A stretch of 64,000 nucleotides of DNA, from the IMG/VR virus record IMGVR_UViG_3300043570_002098, one strand, 5' to 3'. Source of the DNA: a virus. Below the pieces are notes generated by a model. It worked only from the letters and a program-made list of their open reading frames with translations, was not told where the DNA came from and did not search any database. How positions within the stretch are numbered: the stretch's first letter is position 1; each line of letters begins with the position of its first letter. The translations under genes were made by a program, and so were the position numbers. Positions 10,542 through 21,221 of this stretch are shown piece after piece.

Positions 10542-11225
10542 TTATTTAGATAGAAATGTATCTAAATTGCCCATAAGTTTAGACATTCTACTGTCAAGTG
10601 TTGGTTTCTTAATTTCCGCTTCTTGATATTGGTCTCTTTCTGATGGGTCTTTAAAAATATAAGCACCGGGAGTTGATGGTGATGATACTAAATCAAAACA
10701 AACTAATTCGAAATCATCTTGTACGATGTTTTCTCCTTTAACTTGTTTAAGTGATCCTACACCACGTGAAGAGATACCTAAAGTTGCCCCGTTCATTAAT
10801 AACATCGCAGCTTGATCTCCTTTGGTTGAAACGATACCCATCTTCTTCCATCCAGGAGAAGTGAATAACTTGATTTTACCCATAAGGATTCTACCGTCCC
10901 ACCAAGTTTCTAAAATTGAATGTGATACTCGATCTAAATCGATTAGTGAAGATGAAGGGTGATTTAATTCATTTAATGCTCCACCCTTTTTAATTAGTGA
11001 TTGATATTTTTCGTTTTCTCTCTTAAGTAACATTTCAGGATATATCCTTCCGTTCTTATTTGGAGTATCGAATTTTTGTAAAACAGCATAAAGGATTAGA
11101 TCTTCAGAGAAGTCCACACCCTTCATTTCCTGTATAATTTTTTTATTCTCTTCTGGAGATACGTGTCCTGCGTCGTATTCTATTAAAATTCCTGTTCCAA
11201 GTTCTTTGGGTCCTAATATCTTCAT
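10542..11225 (-). CDS. Prohead core protease (T4 gp21-like)
   Basis: NKNGRIYP, ELNHP, VSH, GISSRGVGS, FDLVSSPSTPGA. Confidence 0.95.
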   Translation of the reverse strand: MKILGPKELGTGILIEYDAGHVSPEENKKIIQEMKGVDFSEDLILYAVLQKFDTPNKNGRIYPEMLLKRENEKYQSLIKKGGALNELNHPSSSLIDLDRVSHSILETWWDGRILMGKIKLFTSPGWKKMGIVSTKGDQAAMLLMNGATLGISSRGVGSLKQVKGENIVQDDFELVCFDLVSSPSTPGAYIFKDPSERDQYQEAEIKKPTLDSRMSKLMGNLDTFLSK

Positions 11226-11263
11226 TTATAGATTTTATTACTATAAATACATCGATATCCCTA

Positions 11264-11689
11264 TTATTTTTTGGATTTGTAGAAATTGAATAGATTTTTG
11301 TCAGAAAGTCCATCTTCTATTACCATAGATAGAATATCTTTTACGTTATTTTTAATTTCTTTTGATTTAACGTCGAACTGTTTATCAACATATAATGTGA
11401 TTTCTAAGTTCATAAAAGATCTTTTTTCTAATTTAATTCCCTTTGTTCTAATATCTAAATCAACAATAGATTGTTGTTTAAAATAAGGGTTCTTAAGATT
11501 ATAAATTATTTCTTTAACCTTTCGTCTTGATTTATGAATCATATGATCAAAATCATCAGTCTCATTTTCGGCTTGTACCCATGAGTTTAATTTCAAATAA
11601 ATGGTTTTAAGATTCTTAAAATCTACGGTACCATAACCGATCTTTACATCATTGTAAATCCCTAATGGGATATACTTACCTGTTTTCAT
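11264..11689 (-). CDS. Hypothetical protein
   Basis: 141 aa ORF in the head module. Confidence 0.65.
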   Translation of the reverse strand: MKTGKYIPLGIYNDVKIGYGTVDFKNLKTIYLKLNSWVQAENETDDFDHMIHKSRRKVKEIIYNLKNPYFKQQSIVDLDIRTKGIKLEKRSFMNLEITLYVDKQFDVKSKEIKNNVKDILSMVIEDGLSDKNLFNFYKSKK

Positions 11690-11791
11690 TAATATTTCAT
11701 ATTATTATTTCTTATGGTGTTTTTAAAAAATAACTAAAATACTTGGAATAACCAAAAATAATTTCATATATTTGTTGTATATTTATTATAT

Positions 11792-11983
11792 ATGATTATT
11801 ATAGACTTATCTAAAGAAAAAAGTATTGAGACAGCGTTAAGAACTTATAAACAAAAAGTTCAAAAAACAAAGCAAGTTCAAAAATTGAGGGAAAGACAAC
11901 AGTTCGTAAAACCTTCCGTTAAAAAAAGAACTGAAAAATTAAAAGCAGTTTATTTACAACAAAAAAGAAATGGACTTAGTTAA
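11792..11983 (+). CDS. rpsU: Ribosomal protein bS21 (phage-encoded)
   Basis: SIETALRTYKQKV..LRERQQFVKPSVKKR..KAVY; 63 aa; has its own promoter motifs. Confidence 0.92.
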   Translation: MIIIDLSKEKSIETALRTYKQKVQKTKQVQKLRERQQFVKPSVKKRTEKLKAVYLQQKRNGLS

Positions 11984-11991
11984 GTCCATTT
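11968..11991. terminator. Bidirectional hairpin overlapping two convergent stop codons
   Basis: aaatggactta-gt-taagtccattt perfect 11-bp inverted repeat. Confidence 0.65.
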
Positions 11992-12713
11992 TTTAATTCG
12001 TTTAATCTGTAGTAATTGTATCTCGACGGAAACATTTGATTTACTTCATCTTTAACAGCATTTAATTTATTTATTAAATCCGTTTCATTTGATTCACTTA
12101 AAAGTGTTGATACTTGACTTACAATTGATTCTTTTAATTCAGTTGTTTTGGTGATGATCTCATCATAAGGAATAGATAAGATATTTTTTAATTCTTCTTT
12201 TTGTGATTCTGATAATGTATTAGAATAAAGAGCGTTAAAATTGTTTGTTAACACCGCATTTAATAAATTTTCATTTGGTATCAAGGTTGAATCTTTAGAT
12301 TCTTTAATTTCTTTTTTGGTTGTTAAATGATTTACTAAATTCTTTTTTGCATTAACCTTCTTTTCAATATTTGATAGACTATCTTTTTCAATTAAGATAT
12401 CTAATGAATTGTATATTTCATTTTCATTAATTGCCTCTACGTTTATCATTTTATTTAATGATGTACAAAATGTAGTTAAATCATCCATTTGTTGTTTTAA
12501 GATACTAATAACTCCCTCGACGTATAACTTTGCGGTTTCTTTATCGTCAATATATTTGTTTTCAATTTCTTCATAAAACAAATACATTTCTTTAAAATTT
12601 TTATTTTCTTTAATTGTTGTTAAAATATTTTTAATCTCACCTTTATTTTCATTGGTGTAAGATTCAGTTAACTTGTTTAATAATTTGGTTTTAATGACCC
12701 CGAATTTGTTCAT
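11976..12713 (-). CDS. Hypothetical head-module protein
   Basis: 245 aa, directly after portal. Confidence 0.7.
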   Translation of the reverse strand: MNKFGVIKTKLLNKLTESYTNENKGEIKNILTTIKENKNFKEMYLFYEEIENKYIDDKETAKLYVEGVISILKQQMDDLTTFCTSLNKMINVEAINENEIYNSLDILIEKDSLSNIEKKVNAKKNLVNHLTTKKEIKESKDSTLIPNENLLNAVLTNNFNALYSNTLSESQKEELKNILSIPYDEIITKTTELKESIVSQVSTLLSESNETDLINKLNAVKDEVNQMFPSRYNYYRLNELKNGLN

Positions 12714-12715
12714 GT

Positions 12716-14557
12716 TTAATCGTTTAAGATATCATTTATTTTTGTCTCTATTTCATAAATATTCTGTTGAGCTTTTTCCATATCAAACAGAATATTAAAA
12801 TCTTCTTTTTCTTCACCTAACATACCAAGTATTTTAGATTTTTTTGATTTTTTAGCTAATGTAGATTCACTCAAAGGTTCCTCTCCTCCACCCGCTGGTG
12901 GCGGTGGTGCTCCACCTCCCATATCCATTCCTCCACCTCCCATATCCATTCCTCCACCCGCTTCTGCTCCTGCGGCTTCCATTGCCTTTTCTCTATCCTC
13001 TTCAGGAATACCATACTTAGCATCTACCTCATCAAATACACCTGAACGTTTAATAACATTCTGAGTATTCGTTAATTCAAATCCTAATGCACGTTCTAAA
13101 CGTTGTTGTTGTAAGTCTAACATAACTTCACTATCACTAAATCCAAGGATATTTTTCTTAGCCCATGTATGTGATACTGGTAAGATACCCACTTGAGATT
13201 GATCCGATGTTGCGTCTTTATAAAGTGTTACTTTTTCTTTCCATTGTTCAATACGTAATAAATCAGATTGTGCTGATGGGTTAGTTAATGATAATGAGAA
13301 ATTATTTAATTCATCCTCCATACCTAAAAGGTATAATTGAATTAATGCAATTTTATTTAATTCTTGAATAACAGATTTTTGAATTCTATTAATAGTTCTA
13401 GCAAAACGAATATCCATTAAAGCTAAACTCTTACCTTCACCGACAACTTCTTCAAATCCTAAGAACGCTTTAGGTATACGTAATGCGGCTAACATCTTCT
13501 TTTGAATGTATTCAATATCAGCAATCTCTCCTAAGTTTTGTGCTCCTGGTAATGTTTCAATTGGATTAGATTGTGATGGATCACGAACAGGAATAAAATA
13601 ATCCTGATCAACAGCCATTTGATTATATCTCATATCGACTTGACCGTTACGTGGATCTGAAATCTGATCTCTTTTAAATTTGTTTGCAACACGTTGTACG
13701 TAAGATTCAATATCCTTATCATCCATATTACCAACGAATACTTTGAATACACGTCTTTCAGGTGCTCTTGATGTTCTATAGATTAACATGGCATCTTCAG
13801 CAAGTAAAAGTTGTTTCCAAATACGTCTAATTTTATCTAACATAGAAGTACCGTAAGGTAACTTTCTATCATCACCTAATAATCTAAAGTGAGCAATTTC
13901 CCATGCTTGAAATTCCAAATCTTTGTTCTTCCATTGAAAACGTAATTCTCTTGATGGAACTTTTAAATCTCTATTTTGTGTTGTGGTCTTACCCGCGGCA
14001 CCTTCAATTCTTTCAATTTCAATATTTGGTAATTGTTGACATCCGATGATACCTTTTTCGGGATCTAACTTTAAATAAACAAAGTTGTCACCATACTTAC
14101 AAACACCTCTAGTCCACATTTGTAAGTTAGTATTAACGTCTAATCTGTTATTAAATAAATCTTCTAATATTTCTTTAATTCTATCTGATTCAGAATAGAT
14201 CGTTAAAATTTGACCCTTTTCAGACATTGTAGTGGATTCTTCCGCATATATGTCTAACGCTGCAGATATTTCAGGAGTAAACTCCATCGCCTCATAATCG
14301 TAATAAGCTGCTAATCTATTTGGTTCATAATAAACCGATTGGTTATAGAGAGATTGGTCTAATTTAGTCCATTTATCAGCGATGTATTGACTCTGTTGAG
14401 CCTGTAACATTGCCTTATCATAATCTTCTTTGTTATCTGTTTTTAATAATTCATCTTTACTGAAATTAAATGAAGGTGCCTGTGTTACCTGAGGTTTCCC
14501 TGGGTACCCAAACATCTTTGTTAATTTCTGAAATACAGTTAAATTTTGATTTGCCAT
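12716..14557 (-). CDS. Portal protein (T4 gp20-like)
   Basis: LLAEDAMLIYRTSRAPERRVF, DYFIP, IETLPGAQNLGEIADIEY. Confidence 0.96.
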   Translation of the reverse strand: MANQNLTVFQKLTKMFGYPGKPQVTQAPSFNFSKDELLKTDNKEDYDKAMLQAQQSQYIADKWTKLDQSLYNQSVYYEPNRLAAYYDYEAMEFTPEISAALDIYAEESTTMSEKGQILTIYSESDRIKEILEDLFNNRLDVNTNLQMWTRGVCKYGDNFVYLKLDPEKGIIGCQQLPNIEIERIEGAAGKTTTQNRDLKVPSRELRFQWKNKDLEFQAWEIAHFRLLGDDRKLPYGTSMLDKIRRIWKQLLLAEDAMLIYRTSRAPERRVFKVFVGNMDDKDIESYVQRVANKFKRDQISDPRNGQVDMRYNQMAVDQDYFIPVRDPSQSNPIETLPGAQNLGEIADIEYIQKKMLAALRIPKAFLGFEEVVGEGKSLALMDIRFARTINRIQKSVIQELNKIALIQLYLLGMEDELNNFSLSLTNPSAQSDLLRIEQWKEKVTLYKDATSDQSQVGILPVSHTWAKKNILGFSDSEVMLDLQQQRLERALGFELTNTQNVIKRSGVFDEVDAKYGIPEEDREKAMEAAGAEAGGGMDMGGGGMDMGGGAPPPPAGGGEEPLSESTLAKKSKKSKILGMLGEEKEDFNILFDMEKAQQNIYEIETKINDILND

Positions 14558-14611
14558 TCTATATAAATACTTTTCTTTATAATATAAACTAAAATAATGA
14601 TAAACTAAACA

Positions 14612-16390
14612 TTATCTACGTTTACCAAATAACCAAGAATTCTCTTGATATGTTTGTTTACTGACATTCATATTATTATCTCGATAATATAAATTATTAT
14701 TATCCGTTCCCATTGAACCTATTTGATCAAATGCGGTACCATATGAATAGAATGATTTACTTGTCTCATATGATCTTTCACTCATAGTCCAAGAATCTAA
14801 CATTGCTTTGTTCGCATTTTCGTTCTTTTGTAATAAATTAAATGATACATCCGCAGCATATAAAGCCATTGACATACCCATAATAGCATCATCATGTGTT
14901 CCTTTCATATGATCAGGTCTACCGTTCATATAAACAAACGTGTTAAGTTCGTTTAATAATCTTGCAGATCTAACAATAAATCCTTTTCTAAGTTGTTCCT
15001 CAAATGCTGCAACAATTTGAGTTCTTTTGTTGTTAAAGTTAAGACCTGGTATTTTCTCCATCGCCTTAGCGTTATAGTCCCAAATGTTTTGAGTATTAAC
15101 ACCCTCAACGTATACGTTTTTGTAATTTAACTCAGTTAATTTTCTTGATGTTGCAACTCCCATTCCACCTGTAATATCCGTTACAATAAACGCATTACCA
15201 TATAGGATAGCCCATTTGTATGCAACTGCCGCTAAGTCATCGGGAGGTATTTTACCAATATATTCTGCAACCTGTTCCCTATCATCAAAATCTATAATTG
15301 ATATAGCCGAAAAATCCTCACTATCTCCTCTACTAACATCCACACCCATAATATAACGATGACCAATTATTGGTTCTTTCCATTGCCAAAACGTAGCCTG
15401 CATGTATTTTTCAATAGGTTCTCTAATCATGTTTTTAGCAATATTCTCTTGAATATCACCAGGGATAACACCATCTCCCGAACCTAAGAAATCACATTCC
15501 AACTCCTGAGCAATTTTACGTCTATCGTATTTAAATTTCTTAGACATTGACTCAAACCACGAAGAAAATGGTTTATAACCATCCTCTAAAAGTTTGTTAT
15601 ATTCTTTCATATCAAAATCATGTAAAACAACTTCATCGTCATTATATTGTTCTCTATTCAACATGTAATGACAGATGTCCTGACATTTAACCCAATGTAA
15701 ATCTTTGGTGTAACGAGGGTCTTTAAACCACCTTAAATCTGTTATATGGAAATCATTGATTCCACGTAATGCTTGGTCGTAAACACCGTAATAGATAGGG
15801 TCATAACCATTTGGAGTGGAGATAAGAATAATCTTACCACCCGTTGATAGGGACGCCATAGATGCTGCCCAAAAATCATCACCTGCTTCAATATATGCTG
15901 CCTCATCAAATACAAGTATGGTAGGTGTATAACCACGAAGGGCATCCGCTGAAGTTGCAACCGCCTTAACCTCACAACCATTATTTAATCTAAATCTACT
16001 CTCTGAGTTTTTATCAGGTGAGAACCCAACATTTAACCATTCAGGCCATTGTTCCAAGAAGTGTCTAACCTTATTAGCCATCTCCACCGCAGTATCACGT
16101 TTGTTTGCAATAAGTAGAACTCTCTCAGGATTATCGGGTTTTGCTAATTGTAATTTTTTTGATAACCATGCGGCCGTTACTGTTGTTACACCCGCCTGTC
16201 TATATTTTCTTGTAATGTTTTCGTTGTAATCTTCGTAGTCCTTTATTAGTTGAATTTGATCTTCAAACAGGTCCATTGGGACATACTTCTTCTGTGTATT
16301 ATCGAATGTTTGTAAATACGTTCTAAGTGCATACGGAGTATCTTTTATAATCTTTGCATACTCAATTAATTGTTCCGTTCTGGTATTCAT
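14612..16390 (-). CDS. Terminase large subunit (T4 gp17-like)
   Basis: KYRQAGVT Walker A variant, LVFDEAA Walker B, ISTPNG, GVDVSRG..D, HDDAIM nuclease motifs. Confidence 0.96.
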   Translation of the reverse strand: MNTRTEQLIEYAKIIKDTPYALRTYLQTFDNTQKKYVPMDLFEDQIQLIKDYEDYNENITRKYRQAGVTTVTAAWLSKKLQLAKPDNPERVLLIANKRDTAVEMANKVRHFLEQWPEWLNVGFSPDKNSESRFRLNNGCEVKAVATSADALRGYTPTILVFDEAAYIEAGDDFWAASMASLSTGGKIILISTPNGYDPIYYGVYDQALRGINDFHITDLRWFKDPRYTKDLHWVKCQDICHYMLNREQYNDDEVVLHDFDMKEYNKLLEDGYKPFSSWFESMSKKFKYDRRKIAQELECDFLGSGDGVIPGDIQENIAKNMIREPIEKYMQATFWQWKEPIIGHRYIMGVDVSRGDSEDFSAISIIDFDDREQVAEYIGKIPPDDLAAVAYKWAILYGNAFIVTDITGGMGVATSRKLTELNYKNVYVEGVNTQNIWDYNAKAMEKIPGLNFNNKRTQIVAAFEEQLRKGFIVRSARLLNELNTFVYMNGRPDHMKGTHDDAIMGMSMALYAADVSFNLLQKNENANKAMLDSWTMSERSYETSKSFYSYGTAFDQIGSMGTDNNNLYYRDNNMNVSKQTYQENSWLFGKRR

Positions 16391-16437
16391 ATATGTATAA
16401 ATACAAAAAAAGGTGGTTATTGTAAACCACCTTTGTA

Positions 16438-17856
16438 TTATTTCGTAGGTCTGTCTAACCCTAACTCGTCAAATAGACTGTCATCATCATCTTCTTCATC
16501 ATTACCACCACTTGGTAAATCAACACCTAAATTATTTAAAAAACCCTTTAATTCATCGTTATCAGTTTCATCACTTATACCTGTTAAGTCCTCGTCAAAT
16601 TCCGCCATCGTTTGTTCGTAATCGTAATTGTTGATGTCCTCTTCAATTGCACGAACCAATGTTTCCATTAAACGATTTCCATTCTCAGAATTAGAAACTA
16701 TTTCTTTCATGAATACTAAGAATTCCTTTGCTGGTTTTTTGAATATATGTTGGAATACCATTAATTGAATAATTCCTTTATCTTCATCTGTCAATACATC
16801 TTCAGGGAATTTAGATCTAATTCTATCCCAAATTGCAGGTCCTAAACGTAAATCCCACATTTCTTTTTCCAATGTATCTTCACTATCTTCAATTGCTGTA
16901 AAGTCTTCTTCATTACCTTCTTCATCTCTTTTTCTACCTTGTAATGCAACTAACTCTAAAGTTCCTTTAATCAATTCGTGTATTAAAACTGGAAAGTTTA
17001 CTGCTCTTGCTTTAACTGTCGGTGGATCAGTTTGTCTATCAACATCTTCTCTACCTGCAATATTACCAGCTTGACCCATTGCTTTCATGGTATCATTAGG
17101 TAATTGCCAATATAATGCGTCGTTTACTGACATCATAATTCCGTAAAGACCAACAAGCCTGTCGTTACCAACAATTTGACTAATTCTCTCTTCAGCGTAA
17201 TGATACATGTAATGACCTCTTTTAGATGCACCTTGTATAATTGTATTTATAAATCTTCTTTTTGCTTTTTCTAAGTCAAGTTTCTCTAAATCATTAACGA
17301 TTTCAATTTCGTTACCAAAATTCATTTCTTCTTCACCACCTTCTTCTTCACCACCTTCTTCTTCACCACCTTCTTCTTCACCTTCTTGGTCGTGATTAAA
17401 ATCTTCAGGGTTGAATTCCCCCATACCAATAATTTTTGCATCATATTGAACTGACCCTTCAGGAATACCTAATTCCTTCATAACTAATTCAATCGCTAAC
17501 GCTTCTAATTCTCCTCTGTGGTTTTGTTCAAACTGTAAGATTTGGTTGTGAGCACTCATCATTTGTTGCATCAATGGAGACATACCTTGTGTACCTCTAA
17601 TAGTGGCATTTGTACCGGTATATTGTCTCATTTTAGCAACAACTTGTCTATATCTTTCTGAAGCTAATAGTTCTTGGAAGTTCTTGTTAGGTTCATCCCC
17701 TGTTTCAGGGAAAGGTATTTTTTGCAATGGGGTTTCTCCCGCAGCTAAATCATCTTGTACCCCTTGGTCAGGTCTATCCTGACTATCAAAATCCATTGGC
17801 ATTTCATTCAAATTTTCTTGAATTAAAGATAAGAGTTTTTTCTTAGAAAATTGCAT
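16438..17856 (-). CDS. Hypothetical virion-associated protein
   Basis: 472 aa with EEEGG tandem repeats (17328-17380); acidic tail. Confidence 0.7.
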   Translation of the reverse strand: MQFSKKKLLSLIQENLNEMPMDFDSQDRPDQGVQDDLAAGETPLQKIPFPETGDEPNKNFQELLASERYRQVVAKMRQYTGTNATIRGTQGMSPLMQQMMSAHNQILQFEQNHRGELEALAIELVMKELGIPEGSVQYDAKIIGMGEFNPEDFNHDQEGEEEGGEEEGGEEEGGEEEMNFGNEIEIVNDLEKLDLEKAKRRFINTIIQGASKRGHYMYHYAEERISQIVGNDRLVGLYGIMMSVNDALYWQLPNDTMKAMGQAGNIAGREDVDRQTDPPTVKARAVNFPVLIHELIKGTLELVALQGRKRDEEGNEEDFTAIEDSEDTLEKEMWDLRLGPAIWDRIRSKFPEDVLTDEDKGIIQLMVFQHIFKKPAKEFLVFMKEIVSNSENGNRLMETLVRAIEEDINNYDYEQTMAEFDEDLTGISDETDNDELKGFLNNLGVDLPSGGNDEEDDDDSLFDELGLDRPTK

Positions 17857-17861
17857 TTTAA

Positions 17862-19025
17862 TTACTTTTTTTTCTCCTCGGCCATTTTTGCCTTTGGTTT
17901 AGGGTTTGTCCCTGGTCCAGGTTGAAAAGGAGTTTTTCTTGGATCTTCTCTTCTTGTTGGAGTTGGTCTTGTACCAGGTTTAGTTGATGGTGCGGGTTTT
18001 GAAGGTGCAGTTTTTGGTTCCGCACTTACAATGGCATCATATGACATAAACTCAGGAATACCGTTGTGTCCCTTTTTAACTTTAGGACCGAATTGGTGGG
18101 TCATTGTTTCAGACTCATTAAGTTTAGATTGGATAAGTTCCATAATTTCGTTTTTAGACGTAAAGCTATGAAATTCTTTGTTCTCCACCAAACCTTTAAC
18201 CCAATTTTTTACTTCTTTAACATCTACCTTTTTACACTTACATTTAGATTCTACCTTTTCACACTCATCACATTTTTTAATATTTTTAAGTTGTGGGAAA
18301 TCTTCTTTAGATTTCTGTAATGCCTTTTCACTTCTTTCATTGTGATAGTCACCCTCTTCTACTTCACTCTCTTTCTTTTCTTTTCTCTTATTATAACCAT
18401 TAAAATCTGGACTTGGTGGTTTTCCTGGATTAAATGGATTTTTTCCCTTTTTTTCTTTAGACTCGTTATCCTTTTTCCAACTATCAACAAATTTACCAAG
18501 TTCTTTTTCAACTTCATGATCTTCAGGATCTCTACCTAAATCTTTTTTTAATTTTTCTTTAGTTGCACCTATCATAATACCATGTAAAGATTCGTCCACT
18601 TCTCCCTCTTCAGTTTCGTCAACTTCTTTTTTCTTAGGGGTAGATTTCTTTTTAGGAGTTCCACCAAATACCGTTGAACTACTTGATTTTGAACCTTTAA
18701 TAGTTAAACCCATATCCGCTTCGCTCACATCTTCCTTTGTTTCACCCTTCTTTTCTTTATTCAAGATTGCAAAGTCGTCAGCATCTATTTTACCGTTCTT
18801 GTTTTTATCAATTTTATTTTGTTTTCCTTTTAAAATTTCTTTAACCTCAACAGTTTTATTTGGATCATTTGCCAATTTCTGAATTTCAGGATTGGATGCC
18901 ATAGCTTGTGTAGTTGTTACAATTCTTTCTGATAAATCGTTAAGTTGTTTATCGGTAAAATTAACTAATGTCTTTTCAGAAAAACCTTCTTTTAAAAGTC
19001 TTCCTATTAATTCTGTTCTTTTCAT
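17862..19025 (-). CDS. Putative head-internal protein with EF-hand-like loop
   Basis: DKNKNGKIDADDF; K/E-rich; many xEE/LxE sites. Confidence 0.55.
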   Translation of the reverse strand: MKRTELIGRLLKEGFSEKTLVNFTDKQLNDLSERIVTTTQAMASNPEIQKLANDPNKTVEVKEILKGKQNKIDKNKNGKIDADDFAILNKEKKGETKEDVSEADMGLTIKGSKSSSSTVFGGTPKKKSTPKKKEVDETEEGEVDESLHGIMIGATKEKLKKDLGRDPEDHEVEKELGKFVDSWKKDNESKEKKGKNPFNPGKPPSPDFNGYNKRKEKKESEVEEGDYHNERSEKALQKSKEDFPQLKNIKKCDECEKVESKCKCKKVDVKEVKNWVKGLVENKEFHSFTSKNEIMELIQSKLNESETMTHQFGPKVKKGHNGIPEFMSYDAIVSAEPKTAPSKPAPSTKPGTRPTPTRREDPRKTPFQPGPGTNPKPKAKMAEEKKK

Positions 19026-19423
19026 GATTCCTTGAATTTTATTTCTTCTTTTAAGAGGATAAACCCTCTTGATTTTAATTTTTTTGTTACGTTTTCAATT
19101 GGTTCCGCAAACTTAAATGTTAGTCTTTCTTCTGTATTTTCAAAATCAAACTTTTCCCAAGCCATTGAAATTACACCATCTACAGCATCAATAACTCCGA
19201 AATGATCGGAGTCTTGAACTAATTCTAATTGTAAATCTGTATCTTTTAATAAACCAACTACGTCAACATATTCGATGTCAGGTGATTTAGACCGTTGGCA
19301 AGCCGAAGCAGGTATAACGAACCAATCGCCCATATCAATTTCAGTGGTCTCACTGAATACGAATTCGTATTGTTTTTGACCTTTGTAATCTGACCCAATT
19401 TCATTGACATATATTAGATGCAT
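19022..19423 (-). CDS. Hypothetical protein
   Basis: 133 aa, translationally coupled to neighbours. Confidence 0.65.
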   Translation of the reverse strand: MHLIYVNEIGSDYKGQKQYEFVFSETTEIDMGDWFVIPASACQRSKSPDIEYVDVVGLLKDTDLQLELVQDSDHFGVIDAVDGVISMAWEKFDFENTEERLTFKFAEPIENVTKKLKSRGFILLKEEIKFKES

Positions 19424-19425
19424 TT

Positions 19426-20397
19426 TTATTTAAAATATTTGCTTAATGTATCACCAATTGCAGCCTTTATTTCGTCCAAATCTAATTCTTTAGTTTCATC
19501 TTCCGCGTCCATTTCACCTTCTTCTTTAATTGAATACTTACTCAAATTTACTTCATCGGTATCCATTGGGGTATTAACGAATTCATCTAAAGCTGACATT
19601 GAATCGTATTCGTTCATATCTAATTCAGGTTCAGCAGATGGAGCAGGTTCTTCACCTGTTGGTTCTTCAGAACCCATTCCACCTTCTTCTTCCTCTCTTT
19701 CAAATTTCTTAGCAACATCTTCAATATCTTCATCTGATAATTTATCTAAATCAACTGCAGAAATAATCATGTTTAAAATGTATTTGATATCATCACTTTC
19801 CATTCTATCATGTAAATCTCTTAATTCTTGACCTAATTTACCAGCGTATTTTTGAGCTTCAGCCATGTAAGATGATCTCTTACCAGCATCTTCATCTTCA
19901 CCACCTTCAGCAGGAGGAGCATCTGTAGGTGCATCCATTGGAACTTCACCTTCAGGAGATGGGGGAGGAACGTCACCTGATGCATCAGCCGCAGGTGCTG
20001 GAGGTAAATCCATCGGTGCTTCAGGCATTGGAGCCTCTTGTTGAGGTTTGTTTTGCTTTAACACATATTTTGTTGCTTCCTGTAGTTCTTCCTGTCCTTT
20101 CAACAATTCAAGTCGTTTGAACGCTTCGGCATACGAAGAGAACTTATTCTTGTTCTTCATGAACATACCACCGATATAATCGAGTGATGATTCATTTAAT
20201 CCTCTCTTTACATAGTAACCGTCTTTTTCTTTAACGACACCATATACACCCCCGTTTTTAGATTCTTTCACTAATTCGGGTTTACTCGAAGAACGACTGT
20301 TATTTTTATTACTGTTGAAGTATGTTAATTCAAGGATTCTTTTTAACTTGTCGTCCCCGTTTAATTTTTCACTTCCTAGTGGTTTTAATTCTGCCAT
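19426..20397 (-). CDS. Hypothetical protein with Pro/Ala and acidic linkers
   Basis: 323 aa, preceded by TATTTATA. Confidence 0.65.
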   Translation of the reverse strand: MAELKPLGSEKLNGDDKLKRILELTYFNSNKNNSRSSSKPELVKESKNGGVYGVVKEKDGYYVKRGLNESSLDYIGGMFMKNKNKFSSYAEAFKRLELLKGQEELQEATKYVLKQNKPQQEAPMPEAPMDLPPAPAADASGDVPPPSPEGEVPMDAPTDAPPAEGGEDEDAGKRSSYMAEAQKYAGKLGQELRDLHDRMESDDIKYILNMIISAVDLDKLSDEDIEDVAKKFEREEEEGGMGSEEPTGEEPAPSAEPELDMNEYDSMSALDEFVNTPMDTDEVNLSKYSIKEEGEMDAEDETKELDLDEIKAAIGDTLSKYFK

Positions 20398-20468
20398 TTT
20401 ATAAAATTGTTAAGATATACTTATTCTTATCCTATAAATACATAGATATATAGAAAAATTAGGTATAA

Positions 20469-21221
20469 TTATTGTGTTATAGACAATTTCCTGTCCTTAA
20501 GTTGCGTTTTTAGTCTTAAAAGTTTTTGGATGTATCCGTTTCTTCTTAATAATTTGAATGTTAGATTTTCATAAGAATATTCCCCACCCGACTCTAAACC
20601 ACTCTGTCTAAACTCTTTTATCTTTTTTCTAAGATCTTCAAGTTGATCAATGGTGATTTCTTTTGGGTTTTGTACTAACCGATCTATCTTTTTTCCAAAC
20701 TCTTCACCCTTCTCTAAAATCTTTCTGTCATCAATATTCGGTTTATCTTTTTCAGGTTCTACAATCCATTTATTATGTAATACGGAGTAAACACCTGATG
20801 ACACATGTTCCTCATTTACATCTTGGACGTAAACCTCAACATCATAACCTTTTATTTTAATATCATATTTTTCATTCCACACGTTTTTCTTCGCATCGAA
20901 AAACTCTTTTAAGATATCCATTTCATATTTGGATTCTTCAAAGTCAATAAGAATATGTAAATCAACGTCGGAGTATTGTGACCAATTATAGTTCGCTAAA
21001 GATCCAGTGAGAACTACATCATGTATAAAAAACTCAACCCCCAAACTTTCAATAAAGTCATTAGATACCTCAAGAAGTCTTTTTTTAATTTCATCACGCA
21101 TAACAAAATGACCCTTTTTCTCCTCAAAAATTTGATCGGATAAAGTTTCTTTTGTTTCGAAAGATTTTACAATTTGTTTGTCTTTCTTTTTTCCCTCAAT
21201 AAGTTCTTCAAATAAACTCAT
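20469..21221 (-). CDS. Pol-beta-superfamily nucleotidyltransferase
   Basis: LTGSLANYNW..SDVDLH (GS..DxD) plus third acidic residue in VEVYVQD. Confidence 0.8.
   Translation of the reverse strand: MSLFEELIEGKKKDKQIVKSFETKETLSDQIFEEKKGHFVMRDEIKKRLLEVSNDFIESLGVEFFIHDVVLTGSLANYNWSQYSDVDLHILIDFEESKYEMDILKEFFDAKKNVWNEKYDIKIKGYDVEVYVQDVNEEHVSSGVYSVLHNKWIVEPEKDKPNIDDRKILEKGEEFGKKIDRLVQNPKEITIDQLEDLRKKIKEFRQSGLESGGEYSYENLTFKLLRRNGYIQKLLRLKTQLKDRKLSITQ

Noticed and set aside
16183-16209. Terminase Walker A lacking Lys (RQAGVT)
   Set aside because: KxRQxG(hydrophobic)(S/T) variants are common in large terminases; not evidence of inactivation
17328-17380. 15-nt tandem repeats (also 12910-12958)
   Set aside because: In-frame low-complexity coding repeats (EEEGG, GGGMDM)
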